64,000 bases of DNA, taken from positions 218,240,001-218,304,000 of the forward strand of contig OZ024743.1 of assembly GCA_964016885.1 (NCBI GenBank). The letters run 5' to 3'. The notes below the pieces were generated by a model. That model searched no databases. It was given only the letters and a program-made list of their open reading frames with translations, and had not been told where the DNA came from. This document shows, piece after piece, positions 49,687-61,978 of this stretch; the first letter of the stretch is position 1, and each line of letters starts with the position of its first letter. The position numbers and the translations under genes were made by a program. The stretch is from Eledone cirrhosa (Eukaryota).

Positions 49687-52600
49687 CAAACAAACAAATT
49701 AACAACACACCAAAACAATTAAAACCATCCACTCTCGCCTCTACATTTTTGCTTAACGCCCAAGGCATCAGCCCTTCCACCAATACTCAAAAATGGAAGA
49801 TCAAATTCCTGGAGGACTGGATTGATGTCCATCCAAACCACATCCCTTTCTTCGTCCTCACTGAAACCCATCTCAGTAACCTCCACTTGGAAGCCGAGGT
49901 GAAAGTGAAAAATTTCAAAGCCATCCGTGCTGATCGCGCTGGCAGAAGAAAGGGCGGAACTGCCATTTATGTCCATAATTCTTTCTCAACAGAGGCTATG
50001 AACATATTCACTAATGGATACTGTGAGGCAGTCACTGTATTCAGTCAAACCAACAACCTATTAGTAGTTGGGCTCTATAGGCCACCCCAAACGCCTGTAC
50101 CATGCTTCAAGGAATGCCTCAACAGCATAAAGTGTTTCATCCAAGAGTGTCACCCTGACAACATCTTAATGATGGGGGACTTCAACCTCCCCGGAGTTGA
50201 CTGGTCCACAAACACCCTGCCACCAGGTTCTTCTGCCTCAACCTCTGACAGGGAAGCTGTGGAATCACTTCTTGACTTCATGGATGATTTCTTCCTATCC
50301 CAACTAGTGCTCGAACCAACGAGGTGCCACAAAAACGTCCTAGACTTAATTTTCAGCAATCACACTGACAATATCCACAATATTGCAGTGGAGAAAACTC
50401 TACTCTCTGATCATGACATGGTTCTCTGTGATCTGAGATTCCACCGTCCAATATACAAACCCAATGTCATCTCTCCTGTCCATCCGTTTGACGCTATGGA
50501 TTTCCACAATGCAAACTGGGAAGCGATCAGTCATGATCTTGCACATGTCGACTGGTCCTTCACGCACACTCATACACCCACTAACATCAAAAAGTCCTGG
50601 CAGACATTTGTGGACACTGTTACAAACATATGTGCTAAACACACCCCATTAAGAACTATAAACAAATCTAAGAGCAGAATCCCTAGAAATAGAAAAACGC
50701 TCATCAGAAAAATTAAGAGAACGAACAAAAAAATCAACAAGCTGAAATACTGTCAGCAGCAACACATCAACTTGACTGCCATTTCATCACTAGAGATTAA
50801 AAAACATAACCTCCAAAACAACATAATGTCCCTCATCAACAATCAGAGAAGAGCTGAAGAGGCCTGGGCCATTGAGAAGATCAAACTCAATCCCAAAGTG
50901 TTCTTTTCATTTGCAAAAAAACACAAAATCACTGGCTCTACTGTTGGCCCTCTAATTGATGAAAATGGCACTCTTCAAGACAATGCTAAAACCATGGGTG
51001 AGATACTGCAGAAACAATACTGCTCTGTTTTCAGCAATCCTGATATGGCCGATCTGGGCTGTATCGGCGATGTTACTCCCCATTACACCTTATCGGACAT
51101 AACGTTTGGCGCCCCTGATGTCTTGGCGGCAATAAAGGAAATCAAGCATAATTCAGCAGTAGGTCCCGATAGGTTCCCTGCTTGTGTCCTGAAGGCGTGT
51201 CAACACCAACTTGCTTCTCCTCTTGCCAATCTGTGGCGGAACTCACTGGATGCTGGATATGTGCCAGAAAACCTTCTATCCCAGTCTGTTGTCCCAGTTT
51301 TCAAAAAGGGAAACAAATCCCTTGCCGTGAATTACCGTCCAATCTCACTCACCTCTCATATCATTAAGGTATTTGAGCGAGTGGTGAGATCGCGAATGAC
51401 CCACTTCCTTGAGAGTAACAATATGCTGAACTCCAACCAGCATGGATTCCGTAATGGAAGGGATTGCCTGACGCAACTACTGCATCACTTTGATGACATT
51501 TTGAGAGCCTTGGGAGAGGGTTCCAACACTGATGTTATCTACCTTGATTTCAGCAAGGCCTTTGACAGGGTTGATCATAACATTCTACTGAGAAAGCTGT
51601 CCAATATTGGTGTCACTGGAAAGCTGCTGCAGTGGATCAAGAGCTTCCTGTCAAACAGAACCCAACATGTTGTAGTTGAGGGAGTCAAATCAAGCCCAGC
51701 CAAAGTCAGTAGTGGAGTCCCACAAGGCACTGTGTTGGGCCCACTTCTCTTCATCATCTATATTAATGACATCACTGACATCATCAAACACAGCAACATT
51801 AAAATTTTCGCTGATGATTCCAAGCTCCAAAAGGTCATCAATGGCGTGGATGACCGGATAAGCCTTCAGTCAGACCTACTGGCTGTTACCCAATGGGCAG
51901 AAAAGAACAACATGTTACTGAACGAGGACAAATTCGAACTGATCCACTTTGGAAAAGAGGATGCTCTGAAACTCCCGTACTCCCTTCCCTCCGGGGAAAC
52001 TCTCGTGGCATCTAACAACATCAGAGACTTGGGAGTAACCGTGGACAGCAACATAAGCTGGACCACGCATATAAGCAGCAAAGTTGACATGGCCCGCAGA
52101 ATGTGTTCCTGGATCCTCAGAACCTTCCAGTCGAGAGATTCCCGCACCATTATCCTTCTCTACTTTCGCCCGACCACACCTTGAATACTGTTGTCCACTG
52201 TGGTCTCCCCACACGAAACAAAGTATCATGAAACTTGAAGCTCCTCAAAGGGCAATCACGAAAAAGATAGATGGCATGTCAGACCTTGACTACTGGGGTC
52301 GATTGGAAAACCTGAAACTTTACTCACTCCAACGTCGCCGTGAGCGTTATATTATCTGCATGATGTGGAAAATGTTCCATCATCACTGCCCAAATGATGT
52401 TGGCATCGCCTTCAAGATACACCCAAGGCTTGGGCCCCGTGCTATCCGTCCCATTCAAAAATCTAAATCGCAACTCATAACAACAATACGGCACAATTAT
52501 TTCACCTCAATCGGCCCTGCTCTCTTCAACATCACACCAGGACACGTCAAAACAGAAACTGACCACTCAAAATTCAAGAAGTCTTTGGACAAATTCCTCC

Positions 52601-52698
52601 AAGTAATCCCGGACAAACCACCCACACCCGGATATGTCTCCGCAAACAGTAATTCTCTTCTCGAATGGGCCGGCCATGGTGCCCAAATCCTGAATTGA
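49575..52698 (+). pseudogene. LINE ORF2 (AP endonuclease + RT) with one frameshift near 52155
   Basis: LNAQG, ETH, YRPP, GDFN, SDH; YRPISLTS, YLDFSKAFDRVDH, SGVPQGTVLGP, FADD; the C-terminus HLEYCCPLWSP...LYSLQRRRERY is in another frame. Confidence 0.9.
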
Positions 52699-52911
52699 AA
52701 GACTTCGCCAGGTGGTGCTATTAAGTTAGACATGGCCTGGGCCAATACTGGCCAAAACATTTCAAAGTTATTCAAAGTTATACATATATATATACATATA
52801 CATATATATATATATATATACTTATATATACATATATATATATATATATATACACATATATATACATATATATATATATATACATTTATATATATATATA
52901 CATATATATAC

Positions 52912-52986
<75 letters not shown>

Positions 52987-52997
52987 CATATATATAC

Positions 52998-53030
<33 letters not shown>

Positions 53031-53076
53031 CATATATATACATATATATATATATACATATATACATATATATATA

Positions 53077-53154
53077 TAACTTTGAAATGTTTTGGCCAGT
53101 ATTGGCCCAGGCCATGTCTAACTTAATAGCGAAGTCTTTCAATTCAGGATTTGG
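53077..53154 (-). mobile_element. 78-bp 3' end of the same LINE in opposite orientation
   Basis: Reverse complement of ~52683-52780 with a 9-nt internal deletion. Confidence 0.9.
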
Positions 53155-53722
53155 TATAATAAAAATAGTCCTTCGTCAGTGATTTTCCAACCATCATTGG
53201 TATTTCATGGCATTAAAAATCAGATACCTCAGGATGGTGCGAGCAATAACTAAAAAAAGTTATTGGGACCAGAATTCGCGTAAGTCGAGGGGGAAAAGTA
53301 AACAACATAGAAGGATAAAAGCAAACCGAAGTTAGGAAAATAAACAAGCAACATGGTTGTCCGGTCAGCATAAGCTGGGTGGATTTCATGAGCGAGAGAG
53401 GTACAGACCGTGTTGATGTGTGTGAGATGTGAGCAAGAAGAGACCCACACAAACCAAACGGGAGGAAGTGAGAAGGGGAGAAACAGAGAGTGAGTGAGTG
53501 GAAGTGTGAGGAAGAGGTCAGTCGAGAGAAAGTGTAACTGACAGAGGGGGCGAAAGAAGGTGAGAGAAACAGAGAGAGCGGGGAAGCAGTAAGAGAGAAA
53601 CAGACAAACGCAGCCGAGGTAAATATATATAAAAAACATGAGAAGAAAGAAGAATACTGCGTGGTTTGCACATGGGTTACATATGATAAAAATATGATAA
53701 AAATATGATAAAAATATGATTA

Positions 53723-53759
<37 letters not shown>

Positions 53760-53773
53760 AATATATATATATA

Positions 53774-53955
53774 TAGAAGTAGTAATACAACAATTAGTTC
53801 ACCATACCGAGAACAATTGTTTCCCTTATGTTGTTTCAGGGTGAAACAATTGTTCTCTGTATGGTGACCTAACTGTTGTGTTACTACTTCTGCCAAACTT
53901 GTCCTATGGACTGAGTGCTCTACCACTACAGATATTACCTTCCAGTGTTCTACCT
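53774..53955 (+). mobile_element. Foldback element, family B, second copy
   Basis: Homologous to 33388-33600; retains GAAACAATTGTTCTC on both arms but lacks the CTGAAGA core. Confidence 0.75.
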
Positions 53956-54361
53956 CTCTCTGTCTATATATATATATATATATTGCAAAATACACTATAT
54001 ATACATTCATATATATATCGCTATTTCAGAGCACCAATTCTAATTTTCAATATTTGCTGGACCGACAGCCGCTCTGTGTAATCAGTTCCTGATTATTACT
54101 GGAATTCTATAAGAATCCAACATTCATAATTTTCAACAAACAAGGGGAGTGCTAAGCTCTGAGGAATACCAACAGTATGAAACAGAGAACTGTCATATTA
54201 TCTCCCTTTTTTGTTGAAAAAAGAAGTAAGTGACATAGTCACTACTTTAAAACAATAGCGTAAGGTCTTCAAAATGCTTTTAATTTTAATTAAGCATACA
54301 GTCTATTGCAAAATACACTATATATACATTCATATATATGTATGTAAATATATATATATAC

Positions 54362-54412
54362 ACAGGTAAAATTCCGTTATAACGAATACCATTATAACGA
54401 ATTTTTCACTAC
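54362..54412 (+). mobile_element. Possible pogo/Tigger-type TIR fragment
   Basis: caggtaaaattccgttataacgaa...ttataacgaa repeated motif. Confidence 0.35.
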
Positions 54413-54469
54413 AAATAAATATATATATGGATATAAAAACACACACGCATATATGTGTGTGTATATACA

Positions 54470-54550
54470 CAGGGTGTCCCATACATCATTCTAATAAATA
54501 TTGCCTGTATAGGTAATCAAATTGTGTATACATTTTTGGGGGACACCCTG
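54470..54550. mobile_element. 81-bp Tc1/mariner MITE
   Basis: TIRs CAGGGTGTCCC / GGGACACCCTG; TA on the right flank, CA on the left. Confidence 0.7.
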
Positions 54551-55098
54551 TATATGCATATAAGTATGTGTAAGTCATACATATTGATCTGTACAGACAT
54601 GTAATCGCACAGAAATTGTGTAAGTGTGTATATGTGTGTTTAATAGTGATACTTTATGCATATGTGTGTAAATATATAAATGAGATGCGTGCGTACATGT
54701 TCGTATGAGGGTTTACACATATATGTGTACAGGTTTGTGTACGCATGTATTTCTATATACATCTGTGATGTTCTGTATGTGTATATATATGTATGTACAT
54801 ATGTATGCATGTGTATATATAGATCAGAGTGTATATACATGAAGCATGGCAATAGAAAAGTACCAAAGTGTTACAAAATTCCCCCAAAAGCCTTTAGGTG
54901 AAGAATTAAGCAAACCTAAATGTTACATTAACTCTAAAACCAAGCCCATGTTATAAACTATCTGAATAAAAATCAAACTCACCATTAATTAAAGCGATAC
55001 AAGCAAATTCCATTGCAATTTTAACAAAATGGCATGTTCTACAATTCACTATGACGTTTTATATAGAACCGAGAGACAAGGTGTAATGGGTATATTGA

Positions 55099-55170
<72 letters not shown>

Positions 55171-55343
55171 TCTCTCTCCCCTCTCTCTCTCTCTCTCTCT
55201 CTTTCCATCAATTTACTATTTGTAGCTTTCTCCTTCTCGATCCATTTCCTCGATTCTTTCACTCTTTCAATAAGTGTATATATATATAGACATACATGTA
55301 CGTGTGTATAAGTCTGTATGTATGTGCATGTGTATGTAGAATT

Positions 55344-55442
<99 letters not shown>

Positions 55443-55616
55443 GGGGGGGTATATAATTGTTTGTGCATAAATCTATTCATGTGTTTGTACATGTGTGTTT
55501 ATGCATATTTCTCTGCATATATGTGAGGTGTGTTGCATGCGGGTAGATATTCACAAAGCACAAAATTCAGTATAAATAAGCGTATGTTTGTGTGTGTGTT
55601 TATATATATATATATA

Positions 55617-55923
55617 TAACGAAGGAAGTGTGGTAAGTAACCAGGTAGAACATAACGCACCAAAGTACTCGATACTGGGTAGTAGAGTGGGTAATAGGAA
55701 AAGAGTCAGGAAACCGACGGCTGAGCTCCGGCCGTTGGTGGTAGTAATGTGGTGGTGGTGATAATGGTGATGGTGGTGGTGGTGGTGTAGGTGGGCCAAC
55801 GTGGCAACATTTCGTATCCATACTAGTGTCTGATAGTGGCAGGGTGTAGTAGGGGCATTTAATGGTGAGGTGTTGGTGCAATGGTGGCGGTGGTGGTGGT
55901 ATTGACAACTGACTCTTTTCCTA
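55617..55923 (-). mobile_element. Family A element with GGT-rich filler between the arms
   Basis: 55617-55736 is homologous to 9808 and 61151; 15-bp inverted arm ctgactcttttccta at 55909-55923. Confidence 0.65.
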
Positions 55924-56373
55924 TATATATATATATAATTACAAGCAATGAAGTAAGAGAACTAACTCCAGTGATCCAATGGTATAAATTTATTCAATTC
56001 AGGTAAATCATGATGAACTGAATGTTTTATCGAATCTTTTACCAATGATTTGAGAATACTATATTTCTGTGGAGTTAATTCTTAATTTCCTGAGAGTGTC
56101 TCTACTGCTCTTAAGCTTTTGTCTTCTTTTTCCAAGTAAAAGACAAATTTGAATGCATTAAGAGTGTTCCCCTATGTCACTCAATTCACTAACAGTGAAT
56201 ATATTTTTTATGTGCATACGTAGATGTTGACATCTTGTTGTCTTTGTTTTTTGGTCTAGTATTTCGTTTGTTTTTCTGTTTATTCATAATGAGATGTGTA
56301 GTGTCCATAATCGTTTTGGGGCGCTCAGCGGAATTTGGTCTCAGAGCACAGAGAGTCGGAATATAAAATAATA

Positions 56374-56448
<75 letters not shown>

Positions 56449-56579
56449 TATATACACACACACACACATATATATATATATATGTATATACACACACACA
56501 CACACATATATATATATATGTATATACACACACACACATATATATATATGTATATACACACACATATATATATATGTAT

Positions 56580-56610
<31 letters not shown>

Positions 56611-56872
56611 TATACACACACACACACACACATATATATGTGTGTGTGTATACATGTGTGTGTGTGTATACATATATGTGTGTGTGTGTGTGTATACATA
56701 TATATATGTGTGTGTATATATACATATATATATACGAACCCAACGAAACTTAAGTACCTGTTTATGTCACTGTTTTAATTATATATATATATCGAGTGCT
56801 TTGCTAACTCATCTTTTCATATAAGTAGGCCGAATTTACTTGCAAACCGCCAGAGATTCGATTTTACTATTT

Positions 56873-56935
<63 letters not shown>

Positions 56936-56939
<4 letters not shown>

Positions 56940-58350
56940 TGTCCCGAATCTTCCAGATCGCAATTTTTCGGTCGTACGGTTGATTATAGACTTGTTCTAT
57001 GTGTGACGGTATTTTAACGATAGTTATAGCTCTGATTTATCTGAATTATTGAGCCCTCTGCCGCTCATTTCGAATTTTGTTTATCGTGAACTCGTGCGCC
57101 GATTTTTCGATACTCGATTATTCTACTATATTTAGCTCTAAGCTATTGACCAGTTAATTTTATTATTCATTTTTTGTCGATTCTATTAAATGATGAATAG
57201 CTCCTGTTTATTTTAACATGTCTATTGAGCACTCTTATTCGATATGTGTATTTCCACATTTTCCCGAATATTTTTTGCGGATATAGAGGTTATCTCCCTT
57301 GCTGAATTCCATGTGCGTTTCTTCAGCCTGGGTTATGCCTTTTCATTCGTTCGGACAAAGGCTCGTTGAGGAAGTAAATTCCCGTCCGCTGGCTTCTAGA
57401 AGTCTTATATATTTTTATGTGAGCTGATAGAGGGCAGTTTAAGGATTTACAGAAACCCAAGAAGCTAGATTTACCATCTTTCAAGCGGGTCCGGGTATGC
57501 TTTTTACATTCATTTGATTTATTGATTTATTGATATTTTTTCTGAGTGTCCTGAATCTTCCAGATCGCAATTTTTCGGTCGTACGGTTGATTATAGACTT
57601 GTTCTATGTGTGACGGTATTTTAACGATAGTTATAGCTCTGATTTATCTGAATTATTGAGCCCTCTGCCGCTCATTTCGAATTTTGTTTATCGTGAACTC
57701 GTGCGCCGATTTTTCGATACTCAATTATTCTACTATATTTAGCTCTAGACCTAGCTATTGACCAGTTAATTTTATTGTTCATTTTTTGTCGATTCTATTA
57801 AATGATGAATAGCTCCTGTTTATTTTAACATGTCTATTGAGCACTCTTATTCGATATGTGTATTTCCACATTTTCCCGAATATTTTTTGCGGATATAGAG
57901 GTTATCTCCCTTGCTGAATTCCATGTGCGTTTCTTCAGCCTGGGTTATGCCTTTTCATTCGTTCGGACAAAGGTTCGTTGAGGAAGTAAATTCCCGTCCG
58001 CTGGCTTCTAGAAGTCTTATATATTTTTATGTGAGCTGATAGAGGGCAGTTTAAGGATTTACAGAAACCCAAGAAGCTAGATTTACCATCTTTCTAGCGG
58101 GTCCGGGTATGCTTTTTACATTCATTTGATTTATTGATTTATTGATATTTTTTCTGAGTGTCCCGAATCTTCCAGATCGCAATTTTTCGGTCGTACGGTT
58201 GATTATAGACTTGTTCTATGTGTGACGGTATTGTAACGATAGTTATAGCTCTGATTTATCTGAATTATTGAGCCCTCTGCCGCTCATTTCGAATTTTGTT
58301 TATCGTGAACTCGTGCGCCGATTTTTCGATACTCGATTATTCTACTATAT
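56936..58350. repeat. ~610-bp unit tandem repeat, 2.3 copies, between (TA)n tracts
   Basis: tgagtgtcccgaatcttccagatcgc at 56936, 57543 and 58155; near-identical units. Confidence 0.95.
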
Positions 58351-58351
58351 A

Positions 58352-58410
<59 letters not shown>

Positions 58411-58585
58411 AATACAATATCGGAGAAAGTTTTTTAGCGATACTCCGGCCAAATTCCCACTCACTCAACAAACATTAGGAAATAAGTGATTATATTCCCA
58501 ATTATGCGTTCGGGGTGCTAACTAAAAGTATTGCGTGGAAAATTGGCTGTATTATTTCATATGAGACATATCTAATATATCTCTT

Positions 58586-58712
58586 CCCAGACGGACGCCT
58601 CGTTTCATTATAGGATTCCTACAATTTGGGTGAAATTATACCAATTTATGTAGGAGCTTGTATACCATCAATAGATATATATTCAAGTGGGCTCCTATAA
58701 TTCATCAGTGGG
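58586..58712 (-). ncRNA. Type I hammerhead ribozyme with an extended stem II
   Basis: CCCA-CTGATGA-ATTATAGGA...TCCTATAAT-GAAA-CGAGGCGTCCG-TC-TGGG. Confidence 0.8.
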
Positions 58713-59289
58713 TGCCCCATTAATACTAATATTGATAATCTAACCAACATCAGCATTTAGCGATAATCACTTTCTGTGCCTGAGGTATCTGTCAGGTTGC
58801 CAGTCCAGCAGTTCTACAGAAGTGCTCAAACTGATTCAAAAAATGAGGAAGTGAATTACCGCCAAAACAAACAATACATGCGCGTGACAATGAATTCTGA
58901 AAGGAATTCAGGCCACGTGCTAAGAACTCAATTGGAAATTGAAAAAATATCTATGTGTGTACAACATTTGATGACACACACAGATATTTTCTCGGGCAAA
59001 ATAACAGAATGAGATATAAGGAACAATCAATATTCATATATAAAAAATAAACAAAGAAATACTAACCTCATACCGGGAATTTTTACAAATCTGCTGCGCC
59101 AAGAGTAAATAAATAAATACAATATCGGAGAAAGTTTTTTAGCGATACTCCGGCCAAATTCCAACTCACTCAACAAACATTGGAAATAAGTGATTATTTT
59201 CCCAATTATGCGTTCGGGGTGCTAACTAAAAGTATTGCGTGGAAAATTGGCTGTATTATTTCATATGAGACATATCTAATATATCTCTT

Positions 59290-59415
59290 CCCAGACGGAC
59301 GTCTCGTTTCATTATAGGATTCCTACAATTTGGGTGAAATTATACCAATTTATGTAGGAGCTTGTATACATCAATAGATATATATTCAAGTGGGCTCCTA
59401 TAATTCATCAGTAGG
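59290..59415 (-). ncRNA. Type I hammerhead ribozyme with an extended stem II (second copy)
   Basis: CCTA-CTGATGA-ATTATAGGA...TCCTATAAT-GAAA-CGAGACGTCCG-TC-TGGG; stem I has one G-U pair. Confidence 0.8.
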
Positions 59416-59447
59416 TGCCCCATTAATACTAATATTGATAATCTAAC

Positions 59448-59527
<80 letters not shown>

Positions 59528-59544
59528 TTAAAACAGTGACATAA

Positions 59545-59594
59545 ACAGGTACTTAAGTTTCGTTGGGTTCAGGACATCAACTCATTCAGCCTGT
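59545..59594 (-). ncRNA. Hammerhead variant with an extra nucleotide in the core (CUGAAUGA)
   Basis: ACAGG-CTGAATGA-GTTG...CAAC-GAAA-CTTAAG-TA-CCTGT; a truncated inverted copy lies at 56736-56780. Confidence 0.65.
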
Positions 59595-60434
59595 CATAAG
59601 GAAAACATAAAAAACATTTTTAAAACGTTTAAATATATGTATATATATATATATATATAAGCAAATAGGCCGTGAGTAAGACCATCGAATTCCAAACTTT
59701 TAACTAATACACTCATTAAAGCAAAACCAATTACAAACTAAATGTCTATACTAGGTCCAAGACATGATCCATATTTCCTTCCTTAGACATCATTCATATG
59801 GGTTTATGGAGTATGAGTCAGGACTCATACACCATAAACCCAACCACCAACCCACTCTAAATATTTGTATGGGGAGAGATCTTTTGAAGCTGCAGCTGTC
59901 ATATTACGCAGTTTCTGTATAAGAATAAACCATAAACAATATTTATGAATGTCGGTGTGTACGCGTGTGCATTTCCTAATAATATGTATAAAATATTATG
60001 TATGCATGTGTTGTATATATAAACCGTTCCTCCTTCCCTCCCCAGCAACAGTTTTCTCTCTGTTTTCTTCTTCACAATGTTACTATCCCCCATCTCATCA
60101 CAGCCTACGACGCGTTTTTTTTACTCTTCATCCAGCGGTGTAACAAACTTGGAAGTCTGATATTCTTGTAGATATTGTCATCACGCACTATATTACCAAG
60201 GTATGTTTCTTTTTCTGTTTGGTTGATAAGCTAGTCTCCAGTTATTTTAATATTTAATGGAGATGGTTATAATCCTATAGTGATTTCATATAGGAGCTTT
60301 GCTTTCTTTAATTTAAAGAATATCATAATGCTTTCGGCTACAAATTACAATACATCAAACATTGATTGAAGAGTTTGCAAGCTAAAATTGGTAAGATTGA
60401 AGAATTTTCCCTTTCTTCTAGTTTTATATATATA

Positions 60435-60626
60435 TAGGAGAAAGTATGACCCCGACGGCAGAGCTCAAGCCATTTCGACGGCTATTTCTGGACTGAAATA
60501 GCCGTCGAAACGGCTTGAGCTCTGCCGTCGGGGTCATACTTTCTCCTATTACCCACTCTACTACCCTAAGCATTGAGTACTCTGGTGCGTTATGGTCCAT
60601 CTGGTTCCTTACCACAACTCCTTCGT

Positions 60627-60628
<2 letters not shown>
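60435..60628 (+). mobile_element. Foldback element, family A
   Basis: Near-identical reverse complement of 9808-10009; (TA)n on both sides. Confidence 0.75.
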
Positions 60629-60700
<72 letters not shown>

Positions 60701-60987
60701 TGCTTTTAGTGTTCAGCTATTTTTAGACAACTCTATCAGTGAAACAATTGTTAGACTGCAAATAAATCCCCTTTTTTGTACTGTTGACCATGTTATTCTC
60801 CACTTTTTCAATTTTATTACTCCAAGATAAACTTACATAGGAACACAAGTGAAATCATAAACTCGTCATCTACGTAAACCTCTTGTTGAGTAAAGCAACG
60901 CTGTACGCTAAAACTATCCATAATAAGAAGTATTCACAACCTCTAACTGGATGACCTATAACGATATTTTGTTATCCTTTATATATC

Positions 60988-61063
<76 letters not shown>

Positions 61064-61092
61064 TTATATATATTTATATATTTATATATATT

Positions 61093-61128
<36 letters not shown>

Positions 61129-61150
61129 TATATGTATATATATATATATA

Positions 61151-61350
61151 TAACGAAGGAAATGTGGTAGGGAACCAGGTGGACAATAACGCACCAAAGT
61201 ACTCAATACTTAGGGTAGTAAAGTGGGTAATAGGAACGAGTAGGACCCCGACGGCTGAGCTCAAGCCGTTTCGACGGCTAATTCTGGACTCAGATGTCCA
61301 GAATTAGCCGTCGAAACGGCTTGAGCTCAGCCGTCGGGGTCCTACTCGTT

Positions 61351-61354
<4 letters not shown>
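61151..61354 (-). mobile_element. Foldback element, family A (subfamily)
   Basis: Identical ~59-bp inverted arms centred near 61292; (TA)n on both sides. Confidence 0.75.
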
Positions 61355-61416
<62 letters not shown>

Positions 61417-61457
61417 TGTCTGCTATATTGCGGCTACAATTTCTATTTATACCTGTA

Positions 61458-61504
<47 letters not shown>

Positions 61505-61940
61505 TGTGTGTGTGTATGTGTGCGTGTGTCCGTGTGTGTGTAATCAGAAACATAGATAATAAGGTTCAAATGCACCATAAACAGCTCAATGCTGGTAAGC
61601 TATTTCTGGTGTTCCTACGAACCTGTCACCTGTTCAATTGTTGCCGAGTTTATCCAAACCATTTCATAACGCATGCTTCCTTTTTAAAACAGCGCATGCG
61701 TTTGCTGGCGGGTGAGTATTCTTTGCTTGTATCACATGGATATATTATTTTTTTATGATTGAAGAATCCTTCCGGTGATAAACGTGTCTCGCGAGTTTGA
61801 TTGTCTTCATTCATTAAGATAATTATTATTGTTATTGTGTTTTGAAACTGCAATAAGGAGAATTGATGTGGGTGTAAATATCTTTACTTGAAGCTTACTT
61901 GAACCTTTAAAATTCAAAACATATTATTAAATTGTATATG

Positions 61941-61978
<38 letters not shown>

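Larger units (their letters stand above)
49093..52790 (+). mobile_element. CR1/L2-type LINE, 5'-truncated in ORF1, inserted in (TA)n
   Basis: ORF1 remnant + APE-RT ORF2 + short 3' UTR ending in the tandem (TTCAAAGTTA)2. Confidence 0.9.
58407..59453 (-). mobile_element. Retrozyme-like non-autonomous element: ~345-bp direct repeats, each with a hammerhead, around a ~360-bp non-coding core
   Basis: Repeats 58407-58750 and 59112-59453; (TA)n on both sides. Confidence 0.75.

Noticed and set aside
56005-56095. C/D box snoRNA (ATGATGA...CTGA)
   Set aside because: No terminal stem or recognisable rRNA guide; expected by chance in AT-rich DNA
58776-59012. 78-aa ORF inside the retrozyme-like element
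   Set aside because: GTG start, no recognisable motif, antisense to the ribozymes
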